Assembly (NCBI GenBank): GCA_013374835.1
Contig: CP055307.1
Coordinates: forward strand, 146,622 to 210,621
From: Candidatus Woesebacteria bacterium
GTDB taxonomy: Bacteria > Patescibacteriota > Microgenomatia > UBA8517
DNA: 64,000 nt
Direction of reading: 5' to 3'
Shown here: one piece after another, positions 26,595-34,282 of the stretch
Layout of the letters: each line of letters opens with the position of its first letter
Position numbering within the stretch: position 1 is the first letter of the stretch
The notes under the pieces: generated by a model
The model's input: only the letters and a program-made list of their open reading frames with translations
What the model was told of the DNA's origin: nothing
Database searches by the model: none
Translations under genes and position numbers: made by a program

Positions 26595-29045
26595 ATGGTA
26601 ACAAAAAAGAAGCAGCTTAATTTAGAGAGCCTAACATTTCCTTCATATGAGGAAATCAAAACTATAACAGAAAAAAGAGTAGGCAAGATGCCGAAGTTGC
26701 CAAAGGCTCTTCCAAAAGGAGATTGGTCCGAGCAGGCACTAAAAGTGCTGGAAGAAAGATATCTGCAAAGAAATATTAATAACGAAGTGAACGAAACCCC
26801 TGAAGAAATGATCTGGAGAGTTTCCTGGGAAATAGCTTCCGCGGAAGCGATCTGGGGTAAAAAAAGGTCAGAAGTTAGAAACAAAGCAATAGAATTCTAC
26901 AAGCTTCTTATAAGCCGCGAGTTTCTTCCGAATTCGCCAACCCTTATGAACGCCGGTACCGGAAACATGCTTCAATTTTCAGCGTGTTTTGTTCTTCCCG
27001 TAGACGATTCAATGGAGGGAATTTTTGACGCACTCAAATTCCAAGCATTAATACACAAAAGCGGGGGCGGAACCGGCTTTTCCTTCAGCCGCTTAAGACC
27101 TAAAGGATCCTTAGTTAAAAGTAGCAAAGGTACGGCATCGGGTCCAGTTTCGTTTATGAGGGTGTTCGACGCGGCAACGAATGAAGTAAAGCAGGGGGGG
27201 AAAAGAAGGGGGGCAAACATGGGTATCTTAAGAGTTGATCATCCGGACATTTTAGAATTTATCCACTGTAAAGAAGAGGGCGGAATTACAAACTTTAATA
27301 TATCAGTTGCAATTACGGACAAATTTATGGAAGCTTATGAAAAAGACGAAAACTACGACCTTTTAGATCCGAGAACACAAAAAAAGATAGGATCTCTTTC
27401 GGCGCGAAAAGTATTTACACAGATTGCTGAAGCTGCATGGAGAACGGGCGATCCGGGATTAATCTTTATAGATAGGATAAACATGTCCAAAGCAAATCCC
27501 GTACCATCACTTGGTCCTATCGAATCAACTAATCCATGTGGTGAACAGCCTTTATACCCCTTTGACTCCTGCAATCTTGGGAGTATTTTTTTAAGCTATT
27601 TTGTAAAAGAAGATAATAGTGGAGCAAAATCGGTAGATTGGGATAAATTAAAAAAAGTAACAAGACAAGCTGTGAATTTTTTGGACAACGTAATCGAGCT
27701 AAATCCTTATCCACTTGAGGAAATTAGAAGAATTTCCCTTGCAATAAGAAGAATAGGTCTTGGTGTAGGCGGATGGGCTGATATGTTAATCGATTTGGGC
27801 ATACCCTACGATTCTGAGCAAGCTCTCAGACTGGGAGAGAAAATTATGAAAACAATTAGCGAAGAAGCAGTAGCGGCTTCCGAGGATTTGGCTAAAAAAC
27901 GAGGCCCTTTTCCTCTTTGGCCGATTAGTATCTATAAAAACGATAAACCAAGAAGAAATTCAACAGTTACAACAATTGCTCCAACAGGCACAATTTCTAT
28001 AATTGCAGGCACATCAAGTGGTATAGAGCCGATTTTTGCAATAGCATTCCAGCATATTGTAAAAGATAAACATTTAGAAAGAACGCTAAATTTCATAAAT
28101 CCAAAATTCGAAGAAATAGCACGAAAACAGGGGTTTTGGTCCGAAGAAATAGAAAAAAAAGTATCAGAACACGGCACAATTAGAAGTATTGAAGAAATAC
28201 CCGAAGAAGTAAGAAACATATTTGGTACCGCCCACGAAATCCACCACGATTGGCATATAAAAATGCAGTCAGCCTTCCAAAAATATACGGAAAATGCAGT
28301 AAGTAAAACTATAAACCTAAGAAACGAAGTAACTCCTGAAGATGTAAAACAATCTTATGTTCTAGCTTGGAAAACGGGCTGCAGCGGAATCACTGTTTTC
28401 AGAGACGGCTGTAAAAACGCTCAAGTATTAAATCTCGGCATCAAAGAAGAAAAAGAGGGAGAAAAAGGCAATGGAATTATAAAACCAACAGAAGAACGCC
28501 CATTCAAAGTATCAGGTGCCACATACAAACTCAAAACTCCGGTAGGCACGGCCTTTATTACCATAAATGAGGACGACAAAGGCGAACCGATCGAAATATT
28601 TATAAACGTAGGCAAGGCCGGCAGTGATATTACAGCAGTCGCAGAAGCGCTCGGGCGCACGGTTTCAACAGCGCTTAGATTTAAAGGTGTGCTTAGCCCA
28701 AGACAAAGGGCGATAGAAATAGCTAGTCAGCTTTCTGGGATCGGAGGAAGAAGGTCTGTCGGCTTCGGTCCCAACAAAATTCGCTCTCTTCCAGATGCTG
28801 TTGCTGTTGCTCTTTCAAACCATCTTGGTTTTAAGATAAATGGAACTTATCACGAACAGGTAACAGACTCCGAAAAGCTCTATTTGAACAACAAAGAAGG
28901 TCAAGCATATAATTTTACTCAAACACAAGCTGCTTTGGAAATTGTATCGATTAAAGCGGATATTTGCCCTGTTTGTGGAGCAAACGCTTTAGTTTATGAA
29001 GAAGGGTGTGAAAAATGTCACGTCTGTGGTTATTCGGAATGTTAA
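26595..29045 (+). CDS. nrdJ: Class II (adenosylcobalamin-dependent) ribonucleotide reductase.
   Basis: 816 aa with LMNAGTGNMLQFSACFVLPVDDSMEGIF, NPCGEQPL and a C-terminal Cys zinc finger (CPVCG...CEKCHVCG). Confidence 0.9.
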   Translation: MVTKKKQLNLESLTFPSYEEIKTITEKRVGKMPKLPKALPKGDWSEQALKVLEERYLQRNINNEVNETPEEMIWRVSWEIASAEAIWGKKRSEVRNKAIEFYKLLISREFLPNSPTLMNAGTGNMLQFSACFVLPVDDSMEGIFDALKFQALIHKSGGGTGFSFSRLRPKGSLVKSSKGTASGPVSFMRVFDAATNEVKQGGKRRGANMGILRVDHPDILEFIHCKEEGGITNFNISVAITDKFMEAYEKDENYDLLDPRTQKKIGSLSARKVFTQIAEAAWRTGDPGLIFIDRINMSKANPVPSLGPIESTNPCGEQPLYPFDSCNLGSIFLSYFVKEDNSGAKSVDWDKLKKVTRQAVNFLDNVIELNPYPLEEIRRISLAIRRIGLGVGGWADMLIDLGIPYDSEQALRLGEKIMKTISEEAVAASEDLAKKRGPFPLWPISIYKNDKPRRNSTVTTIAPTGTISIIAGTSSGIEPIFAIAFQHIVKDKHLERTLNFINPKFEEIARKQGFWSEEIEKKVSEHGTIRSIEEIPEEVRNIFGTAHEIHHDWHIKMQSAFQKYTENAVSKTINLRNEVTPEDVKQSYVLAWKTGCSGITVFRDGCKNAQVLNLGIKEEKEGEKGNGIIKPTEERPFKVSGATYKLKTPVGTAFITINEDDKGEPIEIFINVGKAGSDITAVAEALGRTVSTALRFKGVLSPRQRAIEIASQLSGIGGRRSVGFGPNKIRSLPDAVAVALSNHLGFKINGTYHEQVTDSEKLYLNNKEGQAYNFTQTQAALEIVSIKADICPVCGANALVYEEGCEKCHVCGYSEC

Positions 29046-29049
29046 TTAT

Positions 29050-29589
29050 ATGTCTATCTACACCAAAAAGGGGGACAAAGGAACAACATCGCTTTTTAAC
29101 CCCGCACTTTACAAAGAAAAAAGAATTCCAAAAAGTGCCCAAAGAATAAGAGTAATAGGCGAAATAGATGAACTAAATAGCTTTCTTGGTATTATTTCAT
29201 CCAAAATTAGAAATAAAGATACTAAAAAATTTATTATCAAAATTCAAAAAAATTTATTTACCATAAACGCTGTTATTGCAGGTGCCAAATTGTCTTTCAA
29301 AAACGAAGAAACAAAGTTTTTGGAAAAAAAGATTGACAAAATCGAAAAATTGCTTCCGCCGCTCAAAAATTTCATAATACCGGGCGGAGACACTCTGGCC
29401 AGCGAAGTTATGTACGCTCGCACAATAGCAAGAAGGGCAGAAAGAGAGCTTGTTGCTTTGAGCAAAAAGGAAAAAGTCAAACCAAGCCTGCTCAAATACA
29501 TTAACAGACTTTCTGACGCTCTCTTTATGGTCTCAAGAAACATAAATTTTGCAAAAGGCAAAAAAGAGACTCCTTGGAAGCCTCGCTAA
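29050..29589 (+). CDS. PduO-type ATP:cob(I)alamin adenosyltransferase.
   Basis: MSIYTKKGDKGTTSL matches the PduO consensus YTRTGDKGTTSL. About 180 aa. It makes functional sense next to the B12-dependent RNR. Confidence 0.85.
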   Translation: MSIYTKKGDKGTTSLFNPALYKEKRIPKSAQRIRVIGEIDELNSFLGIISSKIRNKDTKKFIIKIQKNLFTINAVIAGAKLSFKNEETKFLEKKIDKIEKLLPPLKNFIIPGGDTLASEVMYARTIARRAERELVALSKKEKVKPSLLKYINRLSDALFMVSRNINFAKGKKETPWKPR

Positions 29590-29608
29590 AGGTGTTAAAA
29601 TAAGCTAT

Positions 29609-29944
29609 ATGGTTGTACCCCCCGAGAAGGAATCGGTTCTAAAAGAATTTGAAATACCCGACGAGCCTGAAATTGGCGAAGGCGCAAGAGAAGCGGGTGT
29701 TTCTGTGCGTCCAGTGTATCCCAGGGTGCCTCCACCTCTTACGCCAAGTAGCGGAGCAACGACCCTTCAAAGAAGAGAAAAAAATGTTCGAAGCGTTGAA
29801 TTTGCTTATCCACAAAATGTATATGAAGATATGTCAAAAGGTTCAGCGTCTGATTCTAAGACCTGGTACGGTGTATTTAATTTAAGAAGAATCAAAAAAG
29901 CACTATTAAAAGGTTTAAGAGTAATTTTAAAAGCAGAAAAATGA
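29609..29944 (+). CDS. Hypothetical Pro-rich small protein in a locally GC-rich segment. The coding status is uncertain.
   Basis: About 50% GC versus about 36% in the flanks, with two overlapping ORFs in different frames (29549..29944 and 29649..29885). Confidence 0.3.
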   Translation: MVVPPEKESVLKEFEIPDEPEIGEGAREAGVSVRPVYPRVPPPLTPSSGATTLQRREKNVRSVEFAYPQNVYEDMSKGSASDSKTWYGVFNLRRIKKALLKGLRVILKAEK

Positions 29945-32283
29945 ATACTTCCACACTCACCCAAAGCATTACAGTTTTTTTCATCTTTTTGTTTTTGTTG
30001 ACATTTTTTTTCATTTTATTTGGCTTTATTGCTTGGTCAATAGCTCTTTATTATCGGCAAAAAGAAAGAGAAAAAAAGTCTCTTGAAGCAGTTCTTCTTC
30101 AGGTTGCCACTCCTAGAGGAAATGAAATAAAGCCGGACGCAATGGAGCAGTTAATAGGGGCTCTCCATTCTATAAAAAAAAGTGGTTGGAAAACACGAAT
30201 CTATGGCCAACCATGTATATCTTTTGAAATAGTAGCCAAACGGGAGGACATTAGATTTTATGTTTGGACGTTTAAAAACCAAAAAGATCTTTTAGAAAAA
30301 CAAATCCACGGCGCTTATCCCGATGCACAAATAACAGAAGTTCCCGAATACAATATATTTTCAGAAAACGGAAAGGTGGCATATAAAGCACTTCAATTAA
30401 AAAAAGATAATTTTTATCCGATAAAGACATTTAAAGAACTGCCCACAGATCCGCTCGCATCAATCACTTCTTCTCTGGCAAAAATGGGGGAAAATGAAGC
30501 CGCATCAATTCAAATCCTTATTTCTCCCGTCGATTCGTCCTGGCAAACCCAAGGCAAAAATTACATTTCACAAACAAAAAAACAGGAATCCGATCCAGAA
30601 AAAGCAAAATATTCTGTGCCAGTCAAAACCCTAGAGGCTGTAGAGAATAAAATCTCAAAGCCCGGCTTTGAGGTTTCAATTAGGCTGGTAGTGGTTTCGG
30701 AAACAGAGGATTCCGCTAAGGCGCACCTAGGAAATGTAGTAAGCGCTTTTTCACAATTCGATGGAGACTTAAACGGCTTTGGTTCAAGAAAAATAAGAAA
30801 CAAAGGGGCATTTATCGAAGATTTTATTTACAGATATCACCCCCTTTTCCATTTTGGCAAAAATAGAATATCAATCCTAAACGCGGAAGAAATCGCCACA
30901 ATTTTTCATTTTCCAAACAAACTTATAACAACACCGCATATCTACTGGCTTAACGCAAAGCGCGCTCCGGCACCAGCAGAAATACCTACACAAGGACTCT
31001 ATCTTGGCATAAGTAGCTATAGAGGCGTAAAACGTGAAGTCTTCATTTCGGATCCGGATAGATTAAGGCACATGTATATAATTGGACGCACAGGTACGGG
31101 TAAATCCGAGTTTCTCAAAAACATGATCAGGCAGGATATAAACGAAGGAAAGGGTTTGTGTTTTATGGATCCTCACGGAGATGCAGTAGAAGACATTCTA
31201 AATTTTATCCCACCAGAACGCGCAGAAGACGTTATTTATTTTCGCCCGTCCGACTCAGAAAGACCAATGGGACTAAATCTTCTGGAAGCTAAAACAGAAG
31301 ACCAGCAGCATTTTGCAGCAACAGCGGTTATTAATATGATGTACAAGCTCTTTGATCCCTACAAAACCGGAATAGTAGGTCCTAGATTTGAACATGGTGT
31401 AAGAAATGCAATGCTTACAGTAATGCAGGGAATGGAAGGGGGAACATTTATAGAAGTAATGAAAGTAATGACAAACTCACGTTTTGTCCAGGAACTTTTG
31501 CCGAGAGTTAAGGATCCAATAGTCAGAAGTTATTGGCAAGACCAAATTGCTCAAACTTCAGATTTTCATAAATCCGAAGTTCTTGACTATACTGTTTCTA
31601 AATTTGGCCGCTTCGTGACAAACAGAATGGTACGCAACATAATCGGTCAATCAAAATCTTCCTTCTCATTTAGAGACATAATGGATAACGGCAAAATCCT
31701 GCTTATCAACCTTTCCAAGGGAGAGCTGGGCGAGGAAAACAGTAGCTTTCTGGGTCTGGTTCTTGTACCAAGAATACTTATGGCCGCTATGAGTCGATCG
31801 GATATTCCTGAAGAAAATAGGCGTGACTTTTATCTTTATGTAGACGAGTTTCAGAATTTTGCAACGCCCGATTTTGCTCAGATTTTATCCGAGGCAAGAA
31901 AATACAAGTTAAGCTTGACTGTTGCAAACCAATTCATAGGTCAAGTTGATGAGGAGGTAAAAAACGCTGTATTTGGAAACGTTGGAACCCTAATTTCATT
32001 TAGAGTTGGGGTTAATGACGCAAACTACTTAACCCACGAATTTAGCCCTGTTTTTGGCGAAGATGATCTCTTAAACATTGAGCGCTATCATGCTTTTGTC
32101 AAAACAATTGTTAACAACGAACCCGTACCTCCTTTTTCAATGGATACAACAATGAATTTGGAAGAAATCGCAAAAAAAAGAAACATCAAAGTAGCCGAAG
32201 TTATCAAAGAAATGAGCAGACTAAAATACGGTAAGGATGTAAGGTTGGTAGAATCGGAAATAAATTCAAGAGCAAAGCTTTAA
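29941..32283 (+). CDS. Membrane-anchored HerA/FtsK-superfamily P-loop ATPase (DUF87 / VirB4-VirD4-TraD-like conjugation-type ATPase).
   Basis: N-terminal hydrophobic hairpin. Walker A GRTGTGKSEF is followed by CFMDPHGD (the DPHGE motif of the HerA/VirB4 family), and Walker B is LYVDEFQNF. The 330-aa N-terminal domain is of unknown type. Confidence 0.65.
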   Translation: MNTSTLTQSITVFFIFLFLLTFFFILFGFIAWSIALYYRQKEREKKSLEAVLLQVATPRGNEIKPDAMEQLIGALHSIKKSGWKTRIYGQPCISFEIVAKREDIRFYVWTFKNQKDLLEKQIHGAYPDAQITEVPEYNIFSENGKVAYKALQLKKDNFYPIKTFKELPTDPLASITSSLAKMGENEAASIQILISPVDSSWQTQGKNYISQTKKQESDPEKAKYSVPVKTLEAVENKISKPGFEVSIRLVVVSETEDSAKAHLGNVVSAFSQFDGDLNGFGSRKIRNKGAFIEDFIYRYHPLFHFGKNRISILNAEEIATIFHFPNKLITTPHIYWLNAKRAPAPAEIPTQGLYLGISSYRGVKREVFISDPDRLRHMYIIGRTGTGKSEFLKNMIRQDINEGKGLCFMDPHGDAVEDILNFIPPERAEDVIYFRPSDSERPMGLNLLEAKTEDQQHFAATAVINMMYKLFDPYKTGIVGPRFEHGVRNAMLTVMQGMEGGTFIEVMKVMTNSRFVQELLPRVKDPIVRSYWQDQIAQTSDFHKSEVLDYTVSKFGRFVTNRMVRNIIGQSKSSFSFRDIMDNGKILLINLSKGELGEENSSFLGLVLVPRILMAAMSRSDIPEENRRDFYLYVDEFQNFATPDFAQILSEARKYKLSLTVANQFIGQVDEEVKNAVFGNVGTLISFRVGVNDANYLTHEFSPVFGEDDLLNIERYHAFVKTIVNNEPVPPFSMDTTMNLEEIAKKRNIKVAEVIKEMSRLKYGKDVRLVESEINSRAKL

Positions 32284-32310
32284 AAATTTTGCTAAAATAC
32301 CCTAAGTTTA

Positions 32311-32383
32311 GGATGCGTAGCTCAGTGGTTAGAGCACCGATCTTATAAGTCGGGGGTCGATGGTTCAAATCCATCCGCATCCA
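32311..32383 (+). tRNA. tRNA-Ile with anticodon UAU (TAT).
   Basis: Manual fold: acceptor GGATGCG/CGCATCC, D-arm GCTC-AGTGGTTA-GAGC, anticodon stem CCGAT/GTCGG with loop CTTATAA (U33, anticodon TAT, A37), T-arm GATGG-TTCAAAT-CCATC, discriminator A. Confidence 0.8.
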
Positions 32384-32429
32384 CCCTATAAGCCTCGGAA
32401 TTGAAAGAACATGCTAGCTTGATTATATA

Positions 32430-32681
32430 ATGGTGATTAAACTCCAAAGATCGTTTCTTGATTTAAACTACAATTATTCAATGCCAAATAGAAAATCGAG
32501 GCCTTTAGGTAGATCGAGAAGTACTTGTTATTTGAGCGTGGTATGCCCAAACAATATCAGAAATATTGTTTGGGATTATCTTGCATCAGGCACTCTCGAC
32601 ACTGATACAAGATTGTCCCTGCATTCAGAAGAAAACTTTGCCGATGCTTTGGAAAAGATGAATATCCTGAAGAATATATAA
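32430..32681 (+). CDS. Doubtful small ORF (83 aa) between tRNA-Ile and the recombinase. It may be non-coding and could contain an att-like region.
   Basis: Odd composition (S/R/N/C-rich) and no recognisable motif. Confidence 0.15.
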   Translation: MVIKLQRSFLDLNYNYSMPNRKSRPLGRSRSTCYLSVVCPNNIRNIVWDYLASGTLDTDTRLSLHSEENFADALEKMNILKNI

Positions 32682-32691
32682 CAAAACCATT

Positions 32692-33555
32692 TTAGAGCTC
32701 CTCAAGCTGCTGCTTTTTTCCGGGTTCTTTAATTTCGGCAAGCTCCAAATAACGCTCTGTAGTAGAAAGTCTCTTATGTCCTACAGCGTGAGATATGGTT
32801 ACCAGGTCGACATTTCTTTTAAGATTCTCAACTATAAAAGTAGTTCTAAGATCATTAACGGAATATTCCGGTATTTCGGCCTTTTGCATATACCTATCAA
32901 TTGCAGCACGTATATTTCGAACAGCTAAAGGCTTCCCGTTTTTGCTGACAAAAAGATATTCGGACTTAGTGTTCGGCCTTATTCTTATATATTCTTCAAT
33001 TGCAACCAAGGCGGCTCTGTTAAGTTGTACCGTCCTTTCGGGTTGTGTGGCGTAGGATTCAATAACTACGCGATCCTTTTTGATATTGTTAAACTTTAGA
33101 TTCGCAACCTCGGAAATTCTCATTCCCGTCTGGAGAATAAGCTCAACAATAGCGGCAATTCTGGGATCCGTTCTAACAACGTCTCTTAGAGCCCTATACT
33201 CAAGTTGAGACAAAAATTTTGGCAAAGAAGTCTTAATTTTAGGGTGGTCAACATCTTGTGAAGGATCGCTCGAAATAATTTTTTTATCCTTAATCCATCT
33301 AAAAAAGGTTTTTATCGCATTAAGCTTTCTGGATACGGTTTTGGGAGTGTATTTTTGATTCAATAGAAAATCGCGAAATCCCTCAAGATCACCTTGCTTA
33401 ATGTGGCTTGGGAGGACCTTGTTGTGTTGTGCAAGAAAGTCAACAAGCTGCTCAAGATCAGATTTATAGGCTAAAATCGTAGAAGGTGAACGGCCTTTTT
33501 CCTTTAAATCATCTATGAATTTTGGCAGAAGAGATTTTAGCGATTCCTCATTCAT
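32692..33555 (-). CDS. Tyrosine site-specific recombinase (XerC/XerD-like or integrase).
   Basis: N-terminal SAM-like domain (TILAYKSDLEQLVDFL); catalytic GMRISE (Arg) and HAVGHKRLSTTERYL (H-x-x-R ... Y). Confidence 0.85.
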   Translation of the reverse strand: MNEESLKSLLPKFIDDLKEKGRSPSTILAYKSDLEQLVDFLAQHNKVLPSHIKQGDLEGFRDFLLNQKYTPKTVSRKLNAIKTFFRWIKDKKIISSDPSQDVDHPKIKTSLPKFLSQLEYRALRDVVRTDPRIAAIVELILQTGMRISEVANLKFNNIKKDRVVIESYATQPERTVQLNRAALVAIEEYIRIRPNTKSEYLFVSKNGKPLAVRNIRAAIDRYMQKAEIPEYSVNDLRTTFIVENLKRNVDLVTISHAVGHKRLSTTERYLELAEIKEPGKKQQLEEL

Positions 33556-33665
33556 TTTAATTCTTATTTTATTTGTCTATCTATAATAACACAAATGTCA
33601 TTTCCGTCAATATTATAAGATACATTTTGGGCCTCAATTTGTGATTCAAACTCGATTAATCTAAG

Positions 33666-34052
33666 ATGTGTTATATGAATTATCTTTTTTCAAAACTCGG
33701 CTCGTTTCGCAAGGTTGTTTTTTTTCTTCTTGCTGTTTTTTTGGCACTATCCCTAGTTAGAAATATTCAAAAGATCCGTAAAGCAAACGAAAAAATCGAT
33801 AACGCAGAAAAAAAACTTGAAGATTTAAACAAAGAAAGTCTGCTGTTGCAAAAAAAGCTTAAAGAAGTGGAAAGCACTAATTTTATAGAAAAAGAAGCCC
33901 GAGATAAGCTCGGATTGGCAAAAGAGGGAGAAATCGTTTTAATTCTTCCTGAAGATGAAGTTCTTAGAAAACTTTCACCCAAGGAGGGAAGTGAAGAAGA
34001 AATTTTGCTCACAGAAGAAAACTGGAAAGAATGGTTTAAACTTTTTTTCTAG
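33666..34052 (+). CDS. ftsB: Septum formation initiator (FtsB/DivIC family).
   Basis: TM helix plus coiled coil with IEKEARDKLGLAKEGEIVLILPED, the classic FtsB/DivIC motif. Confidence 0.75.
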   Translation: MCYMNYLFSKLGSFRKVVFFLLAVFLALSLVRNIQKIRKANEKIDNAEKKLEDLNKESLLLQKKLKEVESTNFIEKEARDKLGLAKEGEIVLILPEDEVLRKLSPKEGSEEEILLTEENWKEWFKLFF

Positions 34053-34063
34053 AACGCATTTAT

Positions 34064-34092
34064 TTGAATCACAAGGGTATAATTGATATAGT
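34064..34092 (+). promoter_or_regulatory. Possible promoter for the tRNA pair (TTGAAT, 17 nt spacer, TATAGT).
   Basis: TTGAAT at 34064-34069 and TATAGT at 34087-34092, 9 nt upstream of the tRNA. Confidence 0.3.
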
Positions 34093-34101
34093 ATCAATAC
34101 G

Positions 34102-34171
34102 TGCGGGGTAGTGTAGGGTTGCACGGAAGGCTCATAATCTTCCAGACCGGGTTCAACTCCCGGCCCCGCAA
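34102..34171 (+). tRNA. tRNA with anticodon CAU (Met elongator, or Ile2 if lysidinylated).
   Basis: Manual fold: acceptor TGCGGGG/CCCCGCA, anticodon stem GAAGG/TCTTC with loop CTCATAA, T-arm CCGGG-TTCAACT-CCCGG. The D-loop and variable loop are short, and pair 1-72 is U-A. Confidence 0.6.
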
Positions 34172-34206
34172 CAAGATAGCGCTAATAGCCAGCAAGTTTA
34201 GTATAG

Positions 34207-34279
34207 GCCAGGGTAGCTCAGTCGGCAGAGCACAGGATTCATAAACCTGCGGTCGTGGGTTCGATCCCCACCCCTGGTA
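34207..34279 (+). tRNA. tRNA with anticodon CAU (Met, fMet or Ile2 cannot be distinguished).
   Basis: Manual fold: acceptor GCCAGGG/CCCTGGT (G1-U72), D-arm GCTC-AGTCGGCA-GAGC, anticodon loop TTCATAA, T-arm GTGGG-TTCGATC-CCCAC, discriminator A followed by CC. Confidence 0.7.
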
Positions 34280-34282
34280 CCG

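Noticed and set aside
29590-29940. Tested the GC-rich segment for RNase P RNA, tmRNA, SRP RNA and cobalamin-riboswitch signatures.
   Set aside because: None of the conserved motifs are present (AGGAAAGUCC and ACAGAA...GGCUUA of the P4 helix, the tRNA-like GGUUCGAAUCC end of tmRNA, GGAAGCAGCC of SRP, and the GCCACUG B12 box). The ncRNA idea remains only a low-confidence possibility.
32384-33555. tRNA-Ile followed by an outward-facing tyrosine recombinase, considered as the edge of a genomic island or prophage.
   Set aside because: Downstream of the recombinase the genes are core (ftsB, tRNAs, trpS, ftsH), so there is no island body on that side, and I saw no att-like direct repeat. The recombinase may simply be a chromosomal XerC/D-type resolvase. 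I keep it only as a component of the broader finding.
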